IMG/VR virus record: IMGVR_UViG_2731957841_000001
Location: 1 to 19,805 of that record
DNA length: 19,805 nucleotides
Source of the DNA: a virus
Lineage: Duplodnaviria > Heunggongvirae > Uroviricota > Caudoviricetes
Direction: 5' to 3' (one strand)
Position numbers and translations under genes: made by a program. The notes beneath the pieces are model-generated. The model saw nothing but the letters and a program-made list of their open reading frames with translations, did no database searches and had not been told where the DNA came from. Shown here piece by piece: positions 1 through 9,291 of the stretch (position 1 is its first letter; the number at the start of each line of letters is the position of its first letter).

Positions 1-93
1 TTTATGTAAACGGGTTAATGAAAACAATAAGTTAGAGTAAAAACAATAAGTTGGGTTGGTGGTCAGTGGTGGTTATTACGGGGTAATGCCAAC

Positions 94-116
94 CGCTGCC
101 GCCACTTTGTCGCCAT
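94..116. repeat. Putative attL core: 23-bp direct repeat CGCTGCCGCCACTTTGTCGCCAT, matching 19717..19739 at 22/23
   Basis: Repeat read directly from the sequence; copies sit just outside the int-side cargo and immediately after the ogr stop, where P2-family att sites are expected. Confidence 0.55.
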
Positions 117-871
117 TAAGAAGGTGATGACTGGTCTTTGATAGCTAGAAGTCCCCATGAGAAAACTTCTTTGGCATCGCTTATTAAACCATCCTCTATA
201 AATTGCTGTGTCTCAGCCCATTCCATATCACTGACATAGTGTACTAGCGTATTTGTCTGGATTGGGATTTCTTCAAATTGCTCGATTCGACGTTTGAAAC
301 TACATTCAGGATCTGAACAACGGCATGTGCGTCTTATATCATCTACCCTACAGAGTAAAAGGGAGTAGGGGGTCTCAAGTGGTGCACAGTAGTCAACCCG
401 ATAGTTATGAGATCGTGTTGGCTGGATGTTATGAAGGGGATCTAAAAGCACAATATTAAAAATTTGGTTCTCATCCCAAAAGCCAACAACTCTACCAAGG
501 GCAGTAGATATCTGAAATTGTAGTAAGGGGTATTCTTCGTCATTTTCAAGGTAATCAGTGTCAATCCATGTCAACTGGCTACGTTGTACGGGTATATTTC
601 TTTGTTCCCAGTTTATTGAATGATAGCGCCATGCCTCTCTATCGGCCCCACTGGTAATAAAGCCTTTGACATCTTTTTGAGAAAGCTCAGATAATTTTCC
701 AATTAGTGAAACAAACCAGCCTGAATTGGTACGGTCTAACCCAAAATTATCAATTTGACGCCAATAACGAAAAGAAAATGCCCACTTTTTTTCGGGTGCA
801 GAGGGCGTTTTTGGGGTCTGTGCCGCTGTTGGTTGATTTGCCCCTAATGAAGGGCGGTAGGCGTTCACCAT
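116..871 (-). CDS. Hypothetical 251-aa protein, candidate toxin/effector partner of the upstream Panacea-domain protein
   Basis: Long ORF whose ATG (869..871) lies 5 nt after the stop of the upstream gene on the same strand; no strong SD, so translational coupling is plausible. Low-complexity P/A/T/Q-rich N-terminus and a C-x8-C-x-C-x4-C cluster. No family recognised. Confidence 0.55.
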   Translation of the reverse strand: MVNAYRPSLGANQPTAAQTPKTPSAPEKKWAFSFRYWRQIDNFGLDRTNSGWFVSLIGKLSELSQKDVKGFITSGADREAWRYHSINWEQRNIPVQRSQLTWIDTDYLENDEEYPLLQFQISTALGRVVGFWDENQIFNIVLLDPLHNIQPTRSHNYRVDYCAPLETPYSLLLCRVDDIRRTCRCSDPECSFKRRIEQFEEIPIQTNTLVHYVSDMEWAETQQFIEDGLISDAKEVFSWGLLAIKDQSSPS

Positions 872-876
872 GGCTA

Positions 877-1344
877 TTAATTTAATCGGCTACGATAAAA
901 GTCTCTTGTTATGTTGCGATCGATGACTACTTCACAACGTGCTGAAGGTCTGTAACCCTCACGAGCCTTAATCCATGGTTCTTCTTTATGAGTCATATCT
1001 TCAAGTTGTGCGCCAGAAAAAGCACCGTAGACTTCAAGAACGCCATCAATATGAGCTGCGGTTGCGGCTGGAATGGATGAAAGATCAAACCCAGGAGTGC
1101 GATCTGCAATCGTTATGTCCGAATACAGTGATTTTGTAGAAGAGAACCGGTTATAAATCGCACGGCTTACTGGGCCATGAATCCAAGCTTGAAACTCCTC
1201 ATCCACTAACTTTTTATCGAAAAAAGCTAGATACCAAGCATCTGCGTAATAAGCTAATTTTTGCAGCTTCAAATTAGACATAGTTTCACCTGAAGCTAAG
1301 ATTTTTGTGATGATGTAATCACATAATTGGTTAATATTTATCAT
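877..1344 (-). CDS. Panacea/DUF4065-like protein (SocA/PanA antitoxin-type)
   Basis: 155 aa; N-terminal region SNLKLQKLAYYADAWYLAFF...FQAWIHGPV matches, from memory, the conserved LKLQKLLYY..W core of DUF4065 proteins. GAGGGA RBS about 7 nt upstream of the ATG. Confidence 0.65.
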   Translation of the reverse strand: MININQLCDYIITKILASGETMSNLKLQKLAYYADAWYLAFFDKKLVDEEFQAWIHGPVSRAIYNRFSSTKSLYSDITIADRTPGFDLSSIPAATAAHIDGVLEVYGAFSGAQLEDMTHKEEPWIKAREGYRPSARCEVVIDRNITRDFYRSRLN

Positions 1345-1509
1345 TATTTATCCCTCTAGGCTTGGTGTCTAAGCAGCCAATCTTATTAAAGATATCGACC
1401 GTTAGAAATCTTTGAATACCAAGTTAACTTATAGTGGCATACATAGCTGAATAAATCGAGATTCAAACGTGCTAAAATGTGATGAATATGGATGAGCAGT
1501 GCTTTCATT

Positions 1510-2529
1510 TTACGTAGTTACCATAGTTGCTAATGGATTAAAACGTAGCGCTGTTTCTAGGTGGTCAGGAGCCAGATGAGCATAGCGCATGGTCATTTTT
1601 ATGTCGTGATGCCCAAGGATTTTCTGCAGAGCCAGGATGTTTCCGCCGGACATCATAAAGTGTGCTGCGAACGTATGACGCAGAACGTGTGTTAGCTGAC
1701 CGCGTGGAAGCACAATAGAAGTCTTATCCATTACAGATAAAAACTGGAAGTAGCAGTCAGTGAAGAAATTGAAACCGTCTAGGGCAATGATTTCCTCATA
1801 CAGCTCTTTGCTAATCGGAATGCTTCGGTTCTTTTTGCCTTTGGTCCTGACGAATGTGATCCGGTATTTCGTAACCTGAGAACGGGTTAGGTTCACAGCT
1901 TCGCGCCAGCGTGCTCCGGTGCTCAGACAGATTTTAACGACAAGAGCGAGCAGGGGACTTTGGCGGTTGCAGTCGTACAATAGCTCGGTAATTTGTTCAT
2001 GCGTCAGCCAGGCCATCTCCTTTTCTGCGATGGTGAATTTTCGCATGTTCTCCAGTGGGTTCGGATACGACCATTCGCCCAGGCGGGATAGTTCGCTAAA
2101 AACACTACTTAGATAGCTTTGCTCCAGGTTAATGGTGACCGGGCTTGCTCCTTTCTTCCATTTCTCGCTGAAGTAGATCTCGCCTGTCAGGCGTTTATCT
2201 CGATAGTGGGCAAACATTTTAGAGGTGAGATCAGTTGCAAGGGGATTGCCCAGAGCGTCAACCATCAGCAGCAATTTGTCATAGACATGCTGCCCAGCAG
2301 TCAGTGATTTACCATGTAGTTTGAACCATAGCTCAACCACGTCTTTTAGTGTTCGACGATCCACTGATTCACCTAGCCAGGGCTTTGCTTCGGTTTCTTC
2401 CATCGTGTGACGCTCAAAAGCCAGTGCTTCGCCTTTGGTGGCGAATTGTTTACGCACACGACGCCCACTACGTCCGGCGGGGTAACATTCGCAAAGCCAT
2501 TTTCCTGTGGTGAGTTTTCGTACAGCCAT
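1510..2529 (-). CDS. int: Tyrosine recombinase / phage integrase (P2/186 Int-like)
   Basis: C-terminal catalytic motifs (LSTGARWREA, HVLRHTFAAHFM, MTMRYAHL) and overall resemblance to P2 Int. Start moved to the internal ATG at 2529 (MAVRKLTTGKW...), which has a GGAGGG RBS; the upstream extension of the ORF is probably not translated. Confidence 0.9.
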   Translation of the reverse strand: MAVRKLTTGKWLCECYPAGRSGRRVRKQFATKGEALAFERHTMEETEAKPWLGESVDRRTLKDVVELWFKLHGKSLTAGQHVYDKLLLMVDALGNPLATDLTSKMFAHYRDKRLTGEIYFSEKWKKGASPVTINLEQSYLSSVFSELSRLGEWSYPNPLENMRKFTIAEKEMAWLTHEQITELLYDCNRQSPLLALVVKICLSTGARWREAVNLTRSQVTKYRITFVRTKGKKNRSIPISKELYEEIIALDGFNFFTDCYFQFLSVMDKTSIVLPRGQLTHVLRHTFAAHFMMSGGNILALQKILGHHDIKMTMRYAHLAPDHLETALRFNPLATMVTT

Positions 2530-2717
2530 AAAAAATGCCCTCCAATAGAGAGCATTTTTACTGTATGTATAACCAGTGTCAATATATGAAATCCTGCGAC
2601 CATACATCTCACTGAAGCCATAATGAAGTAGGCTATTCTTTTTGCTATGTGAGCATGTAACTTTTGCGGTTAACCTGTGGCTCATTTTTATTTTAGGCGC
2701 AGATATAAAAGCAAAAG

Positions 2718-2909
2718 TTATCGTGAGTTTTTAGTACAGATTTTTTTGGATTTACTAATAGTTCCATCATTGCAAACGAATTTGCCATCTGAGGTACAGT
2801 GAGAAACACCTCCCTTTTTCCCTGAGCAGGGATAATTTCTAGCATAGGTAGCTAGTGGGTTTAATAACAAAGAACATGACAAAACCACAAAAAATACCTT
2901 ACCAAGCAT
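2718..2909 (-). CDS. Small secreted Cys-rich protein (63 aa), moron-like ORF between cI and int
   Basis: Strong GGAGG RBS 5-6 nt upstream of the ATG; N-terminus [23 protein letters not shown] looks like a Sec signal peptide; basic mature part with 4 Cys. AT-rich relative to flanking genes. Confidence 0.5.
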   Translation of the reverse strand: MLGKVFFVVLSCSLLLNPLATYARNYPCSGKKGGVSHCTSDGKFVCNDGTISKSKKICTKNSR

Positions 2910-2924
2910 AATTTCCTCCCGGTA

Positions 2925-3494
2925 CTATTTAACATACTTGACTGTTAAACTTATAATTTTACCAATTATTTCAATGTCTTCTATCTTGCATTCGAAGGCT
3001 CTGTTTCCACCCTCGACGAAGATTCTTCCACCGGGTAAACGAGTAATGTCACGGATCGTTATTTCGCCATCAATACTTATTACCCATTTACCATCACGTA
3101 TATCATCAAATTCCTTATCACAAATAAATTCAGAATTATTATCTGTGATTACAAAAAGATTCTTGAATGCCGACGGTAGAAATTCTCTATCGAAAATATA
3201 AAAACCGTCTTCACACAAGGCCCCATCAGATAATACATATTTAGCAACTTCCATAGTATTTGTATTACCTGAAGTTTGCTTTGAACCATGCCCGGTTGTG
3301 AGCCAATTAAGCGAGGTGCCTGTTTCAAGGGCGCACTGGATTACCCATTCTGCTGGGAATGAGTCACGCATGTAGCGTGTGGCGAGTGTACTTTTAGAGA
3401 TTCCTAAATGATCGCACAACGCCTGTCGAGTCTTGAATCCATAAGCTTCTACCATGCGCTCTATAGCGCCTCGTCCGCCTTTCTCCAAATTCAT
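2925..3494 (-). CDS. cI: CI-type immunity repressor (coliphage 186 CI-like)
   Basis: Motifs VEAYGF...LGISKSTLATRYMR...CALETGTSLNWLTTGHG match my recollection of 186 CI; sits upstream of int on the same strand and faces apl/cII. Start taken at ATG 3494 with a GGAGTG RBS (the ORF track begins at a GTG two codons earlier). Confidence 0.75.
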   Translation of the reverse strand: MNLEKGGRGAIERMVEAYGFKTRQALCDHLGISKSTLATRYMRDSFPAEWVIQCALETGTSLNWLTTGHGSKQTSGNTNTMEVAKYVLSDGALCEDGFYIFDREFLPSAFKNLFVITDNNSEFICDKEFDDIRDGKWVISIDGEITIRDITRLPGGRIFVEGGNRAFECKIEDIEIIGKIISLTVKYVK

Positions 3495-3518
3495 GGTCAC
3501 TCCAAGTGAACTTTTATC

Positions 3519-3574
3519 TTGACGATTTCACTGTGCGATCGTATGTTTATGGTGTTCACAAAATACAAACGATC
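3519..3574 (+). promoter_or_regulatory. Candidate lytic promoter pR (-35 TTGACG 3519..3524, 17-bp spacer, -10 TATGTT 3542..3547) overlapping an imperfect inverted repeat (GATCGTATGT 3537..3546 / ACAAACGATC 3565..3574), a putative operator
   Basis: Hexamers and spacing read from the sequence; position between cI and apl fits a 186-type switch region. Operator assignment is inference. Confidence 0.4.
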
Positions 3575-3619
3575 CGTATTCGTCCTGATTAATCATCATT
3601 AAACGAGGAATGTTGCATC

Positions 3620-3841
3620 ATGAGACCTAACATTTCAATCACTCTTACTACACCTCATGTGACTATTGAACGCTATAGCGAGCTGACAGGGCTATCCATC
3701 GATACCATCAATGACATGTTGGCTGATGGACGCCTTATCCGTCACCGTCTGCGCAAAGATAAAAAACGCGAAAAAGTGATGATCAACATAGCAGCAATGA
3801 CCGTTGATGCGCTTTCAGAATGCAATCTAAACCTTAATTAG
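3620..3841 (+). CDS. apl: Apl/Cox-like excisionase and transcriptional regulator
   Basis: 73-aa ORF, first gene of the rightward early operon facing cI, with an HTH-like segment ([24 protein letters not shown]). Assigned by position and size. Confidence 0.55.
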   Translation: MRPNISITLTTPHVTIERYSELTGLSIDTINDMLADGRLIRHRLRKDKKREKVMINIAAMTVDALSECNLNLN

Positions 3842-3873
3842 TTCGATTCTGAAATACATCAGAGGCATTGACC

Positions 3874-4383
3874 ATGTTTGATTACCAAGTTTCCAAACAT
3901 CCACATTTTGATGAATCCTGTCGTGCATTCGCATTGCGCCACAACCTGGTGCAACTGGCAGAACGTGCTGGCATGAATGTGCAGATTCTGCGGAACAAGT
4001 TGAACCCAGCTCAACCTCATTTATTAACCGCACCAGAAATCTGGCTGCTTACCGATCTGACTGAAGATTCAACGCTGGTAGATGGTTTTCTGGCTCAGAT
4101 TCACTGCCTGCCATGCGTACCGATTAATGAGGTGGCAAAAGAGAAACTGCCACATTACGTCATGAGTGCAACCGCAGAGATCGGGCGTGTTGCTGCAGGT
4201 GCGGTATCTGGCGATGTAAAAACCAGTGCAGGTCGTCGTGATGCTATCAGCAGCATTAACTCTGTAACACGACTGATGGCGTTGGCTGCTGTTTCATTGC
4301 AGGCCCGTTTACAGGCTAACCCTGCGATGGCGAGTGCAGTTGATACCGTGACTGGCCTCGGTGCTTCATTTGGTTTGCTGTGA
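3874..4383 (+). CDS. cII: CII-like lysogeny establishment regulator (186 CII-like)
   Basis: 169 aa from ATG 3874 (AGAGG RBS 8 nt upstream); [23 protein letters not shown]... closely matches my recollection of 186 CII. Confidence 0.8.
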   Translation: MFDYQVSKHPHFDESCRAFALRHNLVQLAERAGMNVQILRNKLNPAQPHLLTAPEIWLLTDLTEDSTLVDGFLAQIHCLPCVPINEVAKEKLPHYVMSATAEIGRVAAGAVSGDVKTSAGRRDAISSINSVTRLMALAAVSLQARLQANPAMASAVDTVTGLGASFGLL

Positions 4384-4390
4384 GGTGCTT

Positions 4391-4687
4391 ATGCTGACGA
4401 AAGAACCATCATTTGCATCGCTGCTGGTAAAACAAAGCCCGGCAATGCACTACGGTCACGGCTGGATCACGGGTGAGGATGGAAAACGCTGGCATCCATG
4501 TCATTCACAAGATGAATTGCTGTCTGAATTGACCACGAGGAAACGGAGAAAGTCCAAATGTATGCGGCAGAAAGTGAAGTGGTTTATCAGTTTCGTTACA
4601 GAGGGGAGAGTTATTCAGTACCTGAAGATGATTTGCTCTGTTGCTATCCGTCATTGTCGGGCGATGGCAGTTACTTTTTCACGTTAA
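4391..4687 (+). CDS. Hypothetical early protein; its 3' part overlaps the next ORF out of frame
   Basis: ATG 4391 with a GAGGTG RBS just after the cII stop; the distal part of the translation is Cys/Arg-rich and unconvincing. Confidence 0.3.
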   Translation: MLTKEPSFASLLVKQSPAMHYGHGWITGEDGKRWHPCHSQDELLSELTTRKRRKSKCMRQKVKWFISFVTEGRVIQYLKMICSVAIRHCRAMAVTFSR

Positions 4688-4782
4688 AGGATGGGACGTT
4701 TTTACGGGGAGAGCAGGTTAAAGAGACGATACGAAAAAATGTATCTCCTCTTGAGCGTTACCGTAAGAACAAAGAACGATAG
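4558..4782 (+). CDS. Hypothetical early protein (74 aa)
   Basis: Protein-like translation (MYAAESEVVYQFRYRGESYSVPEDD...), GGAG upstream; overlaps 4391..4687 in another frame. Confidence 0.45.
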   Translation: MYAAESEVVYQFRYRGESYSVPEDDLLCCYPSLSGDGSYFFTLKDGTFLRGEQVKETIRKNVSPLERYRKNKER

Positions 4783-4804
4783 CTGCGTTTGGGGGATATG
4801 AAGT

Positions 4805-5146
4805 ATGGCAATTAATGGCGCTGCAGCGACTGTTCCATTAAGCCCCGGTGAACGCCTGAATGGACTTAATCACATTGCGGAGTTAAGGGCGAAAGTGTTT
4901 GGCCTGAATATTGAGTCAGAGCTTGAGCGGTTTATTAAAGATATGCGTGATCCACGGGATATCAATAATGAACAAAATAAACGGGCACTGGCTGCCATAT
5001 TCTTTATGGCAAAAATTCCAGCTGAACGTCATAGCATCAGCATTAATGAGCTGACCACTGACGAAAAGCGGGAGTTGATTAAAGCAATGAATCATTTTCG
5101 TGCAGTGGTGAGCTTATTTCCCAGACGGCTAACCATGCCGAATTAA
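4805..5146 (+). CDS. Hypothetical early protein (113 aa)
   Basis: ORF with a GGGGGA RBS 8 nt upstream of the ATG; same strand and operon context as the other early genes. Confidence 0.5.
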   Translation: MAINGAAATVPLSPGERLNGLNHIAELRAKVFGLNIESELERFIKDMRDPRDINNEQNKRALAAIFFMAKIPAERHSISINELTTDEKRELIKAMNHFRAVVSLFPRRLTMPN

Positions 5147-5213
5147 CCAACTAATGAAATTAATGGCGTAAACCCGCCGGGCATCCCTTTATCTAAATTC
5201 AGGAGAATTGATT

Positions 5214-5447
5214 ATGCGTAATATTGAAACCCTCACGACTAAAACCGGACCGGATGACGCAGGGCTTAATATTTTACTGACAGAGGCTCGTCTGGAAGAA
5301 CGCCGGGCAAGGGCTGAAGCAATGGCTGCCCGCCTTGATAGTCTTGCGTGTCATATCACATCCCGCCAGCTAAACCACGTCGAAGCGGCAGAACTGCTGC
5401 GTGTGACCGCTGAAGCAATCCAGAACGAAGCGCAGGAGATCCACTAA
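5214..5447 (+). CDS. Hypothetical early protein (77 aa)
   Basis: Start taken at ATG 5214 with an AGGAG RBS at 5201..5205 (the ORF track begins at TTG 5208, too close to the RBS). Stop overlaps the next start (TAATG). Confidence 0.5.
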   Translation: MRNIETLTTKTGPDDAGLNILLTEARLEERRARAEAMAARLDSLACHITSRQLNHVEAAELLRVTAEAIQNEAQEIH

Positions 5448-5674
5448 TGGCTGATGCAATGGATCTCGTACAGCAGCGCGTTGAAGAAGAACGCCAGCGC
5501 CATATCCGTGCTGCCCGTGCCAAAACACCGGGCGTGTCTCGCGTGCTTTGTATTGAATGTGAAGCGCCAATTCCGCCAGCACGCCGCCGCGCCATTCCTG
5601 GAGTGCAGCTTTGCATTACCTGCCAGGAAATCGCAGAGCTGAAAGGCAAACATTACAACGGAGGTGCTGTATGA
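5447..5674 (+). CDS. TraR/DksA-family C4 zinc-finger protein
   Basis: 75 aa with CIECEAP...CITCQ (C-x2-C ... C-x2-C), typical of the small TraR-like proteins in P2-family early operons. Confidence 0.65.
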   Translation: MADAMDLVQQRVEEERQRHIRAARAKTPGVSRVLCIECEAPIPPARRRAIPGVQLCITCQEIAELKGKHYNGGAV

Positions 5675-6528
5675 GCACCATCCTGAAATGGGCGGGTAAT
5701 AAAACCGCCATTATGTCCGAACTGAAAAAATACCTTCCTGCTGGCCCGCGACTGGTTGAACCTTTCGCGGGTTCTTGTGCTGTGATGATGGCGACGGATT
5801 ACCCCAGCTATCTGGTTGCGGATATTAATCCTGATTTAATCAACCTCTATAAAAAGATTGCCGCTGATTGCGAAGCGTTTATATCTCGTGCCAGAGTTTT
5901 ATTTGAGGAAGCAAACAGTGAGCTGGCTTATTACAACATAAGACAGGAGTTTAATTACTCAACTGAAATTACTGATTTCATGAAGGCGATATATTTCCTG
6001 TATCTCAATCGTCACGGTTACCGTGGTTTATGTCGCTATAACAAGAGCGGGCATTTCAACATTCCCTACGGTAATTATAAAAATCCGTATTTCCCTGAAA
6101 AAGAAATTCGCGCATTTGCAGAGAAAGCCCCGCGGGCAACGTTTATCTGCGCCAGCTTTGATGAAACGCTGGCGATGTTGAAGGCGGGGGATGTGGTGTA
6201 TTGCGATCCGCCGTATGACGGTACGTTTTCCGGCTATCACACTGATGGTTTCACTGAAGATGACCAGTATCACCTGGCATCCGTTCTTGAACATCGGTCA
6301 TCAGAAGGTCATCCGGTCATTGTTTCTAACAGTGACACATCCCTGATTCGTTCGCTGTATCGCAATTTCACTCACCACTACATCAAGGCAAAACGCAGCA
6401 TCGGCGTGTCGGCTGGCGAGAGTAAATCTGCAACAGAAATCATTGCTGTTTCCGGGGCGCGCTGCTGGGTGGGATTTGATCCTTCGCGTGGCGTGGATAG
6501 TTCTGCTGTGTACGAGGTGCGTGTATGA
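5671..6528 (+). CDS. dam: DNA N6-adenine methyltransferase (Dam-like)
   Basis: Start at ATG 5671 (GGAGG RBS). N-terminal ILKWAGNK and PFAGSCAV (AdoMet-binding motif I) plus the catalytic DPPY motif ([10 protein letters not shown]). Stop overlaps the A start (ATGA). Confidence 0.8.
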   Translation: MSTILKWAGNKTAIMSELKKYLPAGPRLVEPFAGSCAVMMATDYPSYLVADINPDLINLYKKIAADCEAFISRARVLFEEANSELAYYNIRQEFNYSTEITDFMKAIYFLYLNRHGYRGLCRYNKSGHFNIPYGNYKNPYFPEKEIRAFAEKAPRATFICASFDETLAMLKAGDVVYCDPPYDGTFSGYHTDGFTEDDQYHLASVLEHRSSEGHPVIVSNSDTSLIRSLYRNFTHHYIKAKRSIGVSAGESKSATEIIAVSGARCWVGFDPSRGVDSSAVYEVRV

Positions 6529-8939
6529 GTCATGCCGATATGAGCGACTCTAGCGGCTTTAACGAGGCCGCTGCAGCATTTTCATGGAACGGCCCGAAAA
6601 AGGCCATAAACCCTTATCTGGACCCGGCGGAAGTTGCGCCGGTTTCTGCGCTTTCAAACCTGATCACTCTGTATGCTGCCGATAACGAGCAGGAACAGCT
6701 GCGCCGCGAGGAATTGAGTGAACAGGTCTGGGAGCGTTATTTCTTTAATGAATCCCGTGATCCTGTCCAGCGCGAAATGGAGCAGGATAAGCTCATTAGT
6801 CGGGCAAAGCTGGCGCATGAGCAGCAGCGTTTTAACCCGGACATGGTCATTCTGGCGGACGTCAGCGCCCAGCCCACCCACATCAGCAAGCCGCTGATGC
6901 AACGTATCGAATACTTCAGCAGCCTGGGCAGGCCAAAGGCTTATTCCCGCTATTTGCGTGAGACGATTAAGCCATGTCTGGAGCGACTGGATTGTGTACG
7001 CGACAGTCAGCTATCTACTTCTTTCCGTTTTATGGCAAGCCATCAAGGGCTGGAGGGCCTGCTGATCCTGCCTGAAATGAGTCAGGATCAGGTGAAACGC
7101 CTGTCCACCCTGGTAGCTGCGCATATGAGCATGTGTCTTGAGGCCGCTTGTGGTGATTTGTATACCAACGATGACGTAAAGCCAGAAGAAATCCGCAAGA
7201 CATGGGAAAAGGTGGCAGCGGAAACCCTGCGTCTGGATGTTATCCCGCCTGCGTTTGAGAAACTTCGTCGGAAAAGAAACCGCCGCAAACCTGTGCCCTA
7301 TGAACTCATACCGGGTTCGCTGGCACGTATGCTTTGCGCCGACTGGTGGTATCGAAAATTGTGGAAGATGCGTTGCGAATGGCGGGAAGAGCAGTTGCGT
7401 GCTGTCTGTCTGGTCAGCAAAAAAGCATCTCCCTATGTCAGCTATGAAGCCGTGATGCATAAACGTGAGCAGCGCCGCAAGTCGCTGGAGTTTTTCCGTT
7501 CTCATGAACTGGTGAACGAAGACGGAGACACGCTGGATATGGAAGATGTGGTAAACGCCAGCAGCAGCAACCCGGCACATCGCCGCAATGAGATGATGGC
7601 CTGCGTTAAAGGTCTGGAGCTTATCGCGGAAATGCGCGGTGACTGCGCCGTTTTCTACACCATCACATGTCCGTCACGTTTCCATTCCACGCTCAATAAC
7701 GGCAGGCCCAACCCGACCTGGACAAATGCGACGGTAAGACAAAGCAGCGATTATCTGGTCGGCATGTTTGCTGCATTTCGTAAGGCGATGCACAAAACCG
7801 GGTTGCGCTGGTATGGCGTACGGGTGGCTGAGCCGCACCATGACGGTACTGTGCACTGGCATCTCATGTGTTTCATGCGCAAAAAAGACCGCCGCGCCAT
7901 TACTGCATTGTTGCGTAAGTTTGCCATCCGTGAAGACCGCGAGGAGCTGGGCAATAACACGGGCCCACGCTTTAAGTCTGAGCTGATAAACCCACGCAAA
8001 GGAACGCCGACAAGCTACATCGCAAAATACATCAGTAAGAACATTGACGGGCGTGGTCTGGCTGGCGAGATCAGCAAGGAAACGGGTAAATCCCTGCGTG
8101 ATAACGCCGAATACGTTAATGCCTGGGCGTCTCTGCATCGTGTTCAGCAGTTCCGCTTCTTTGGTATTCCGGGGCGCCAGGCTTACCGTGAACTGCGATT
8201 GCTGGCTGGTCAGGCGGCAAGACAACAGGGTGACAAAAAAGCAGGTGCGCCGGTACTGGATGATCCGCGTCTTGATGCCATCCTGGCTGCTGCTGATGCT
8301 GGTTGTTTTGCCACCTACATCATGAAGCAGGGCGGCGTACTGGTTCCCCGCAAATATCACCTTATCAGAACAGCTTATGAAATTAACGAAGAGCCGACTG
8401 CCTATGGCGATCACGGTATTCGTATTTATGGCATCTGGTCACCCATTTCAGAGGGCAAGATCTGCACTCATGCAGTGAAGTGGAAAATGGTTCGTAAGGC
8501 CGTTGACGTTCAGGAGGCGGTAGCCGACCAGGGCGCTTGCGCCCCTTGGACTCGTGGCAATAACTGTCCCCTTGCTGAAAATTTGTACCAACAAGGGAAA
8601 GACAAATCAGCTGATGGGGGCTCCAGAACGGACATTACCCGCATGGATGACAAGGAATTGCACGATTACCTGCACAGTATGAGCAAAAAAGATCGCCGGG
8701 AGCTGGCAGCAAGGTTGCGCTTGGTGAAACCGAAACGGCGTAAAGACTACAAACAGCGAATTACAGATCATCAGCATCAGCAGCTCGTCTATGAACTGAA
8801 GTCCAGAGGATTTGATGGCAGCGAGAAAGAAGTCGATTTGCTCCTTCGCGGTGGCAGTATTCCGTCAGGAGCAGGCTTGCGTATCTTCTATCGGAACCAG
8901 CGTTTGCGGGAAGATGATAAGTGGCGGAACCTGTATTAA
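6525..8939 (+). CDS. A: Rolling-circle replication initiator (P2 gene A-like HUH endonuclease)
   Basis: 804 aa; HUH-type motif ([10 protein letters not shown]) and paired active-site tyrosines ([10 protein letters not shown]); size and position match P2/186 gene A. Confidence 0.85.
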   Translation: MSHADMSDSSGFNEAAAAFSWNGPKKAINPYLDPAEVAPVSALSNLITLYAADNEQEQLRREELSEQVWERYFFNESRDPVQREMEQDKLISRAKLAHEQQRFNPDMVILADVSAQPTHISKPLMQRIEYFSSLGRPKAYSRYLRETIKPCLERLDCVRDSQLSTSFRFMASHQGLEGLLILPEMSQDQVKRLSTLVAAHMSMCLEAACGDLYTNDDVKPEEIRKTWEKVAAETLRLDVIPPAFEKLRRKRNRRKPVPYELIPGSLARMLCADWWYRKLWKMRCEWREEQLRAVCLVSKKASPYVSYEAVMHKREQRRKSLEFFRSHELVNEDGDTLDMEDVVNASSSNPAHRRNEMMACVKGLELIAEMRGDCAVFYTITCPSRFHSTLNNGRPNPTWTNATVRQSSDYLVGMFAAFRKAMHKTGLRWYGVRVAEPHHDGTVHWHLMCFMRKKDRRAITALLRKFAIREDREELGNNTGPRFKSELINPRKGTPTSYIAKYISKNIDGRGLAGEISKETGKSLRDNAEYVNAWASLHRVQQFRFFGIPGRQAYRELRLLAGQAARQQGDKKAGAPVLDDPRLDAILAAADAGCFATYIMKQGGVLVPRKYHLIRTAYEINEEPTAYGDHGIRIYGIWSPISEGKICTHAVKWKMVRKAVDVQEAVADQGACAPWTRGNNCPLAENLYQQGKDKSADGGSRTDITRMDDKELHDYLHSMSKKDRRELAARLRLVKPKRRKDYKQRITDHQHQQLVYELKSRGFDGSEKEVDLLLRGGSIPSGAGLRIFYRNQRLREDDKWRNLY

Positions 8940-9030
8940 TTACGCGGGTTAACAATTCGTGCTCTTAATAATACCAGGCATATCAGGCTGATGAACGTAA
9001 AAAAACGTTTTACATCAGTAAGATTATTAT

Positions 9031-9050
9031 ATACTGTAAATATAAACAGT
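9031..9050 (+). promoter_or_regulatory. LexA (SOS) box TACTGTAAATATAAACAGTG overlapping a promoter (-35 TTTACA 9008..9013, -10 TATACT 9029..9034)
   Basis: Perfect CTGT-N8-ACAG with an AT-rich centre, directly upstream of the small ORF and DinI-like operon. Confidence 0.6.
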
Positions 9051-9092
9051 GGTTATGTATACAGCATTTCTTGTGGTGTCATAGGAGGAAAG

Positions 9093-9281
9093 ATGCAGGA
9101 CTATTTTTTGGAGTCTTTGAAGCTCCAGCGCATTGATTTTTTTCTTAAGCTTGTAGCGGCTAGTGAGTGTAGTGATGAAGAGAAGGGGCTGGCTTTGCAG
9201 TGGGTTTCTGAACTAACAGATGAACTCATGGCAAAAATCAGAACCCACGAATACAACCGCTCAATGGATGTCATCAGTTGA
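9093..9281 (+). CDS. Small hypothetical protein (62 aa) in the position of a 186 Tum-type antirepressor
   Basis: AGGAGG RBS 4-5 nt upstream of ATG 9093. The longer track ORF starting at 8991 is rejected because the promoter and LexA box lie inside it. Confidence 0.45.
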   Translation: MQDYFLESLKLQRIDFFLKLVAASECSDEEKGLALQWVSELTDELMAKIRTHEYNRSMDVIS

Positions 9282-9291
9282 GGTGACTTTT

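Noticed and set aside
1-93. tRNA or tmRNA gene as integration target at either end (also 19740..19805)
   Set aside because: No tRNA-like cloverleaf, acceptor stem or CCA-adjacent sequence is recognisable in the short flanks; the integration target remains unidentified.
2530-2685. N-terminal extension of the integrase ORF (track ORF 1510..2685) and small overlapping ORFs at 2373..2621 and 2407..2589
   Set aside because: The internal ATG at 2529 gives the conserved P2-Int-like N-terminus and has a GGAGGG RBS; the extension has no homology logic and would overlap the upstream gene region.
7011-8414. Antisense ORFs inside gene A (7011..7580 and 7674..8414, minus strand)
   Set aside because: They lie entirely within the well-supported A coding sequence on the opposite strand and have no RBS or recognisable motifs; typical of spurious antisense frames.
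8991-9092. 5' extension of the small ORF upstream of the DinI-like gene
   Set aside because: The promoter and LexA box lie inside this extension; the ATG at 9093 has an AGGAGG RBS.
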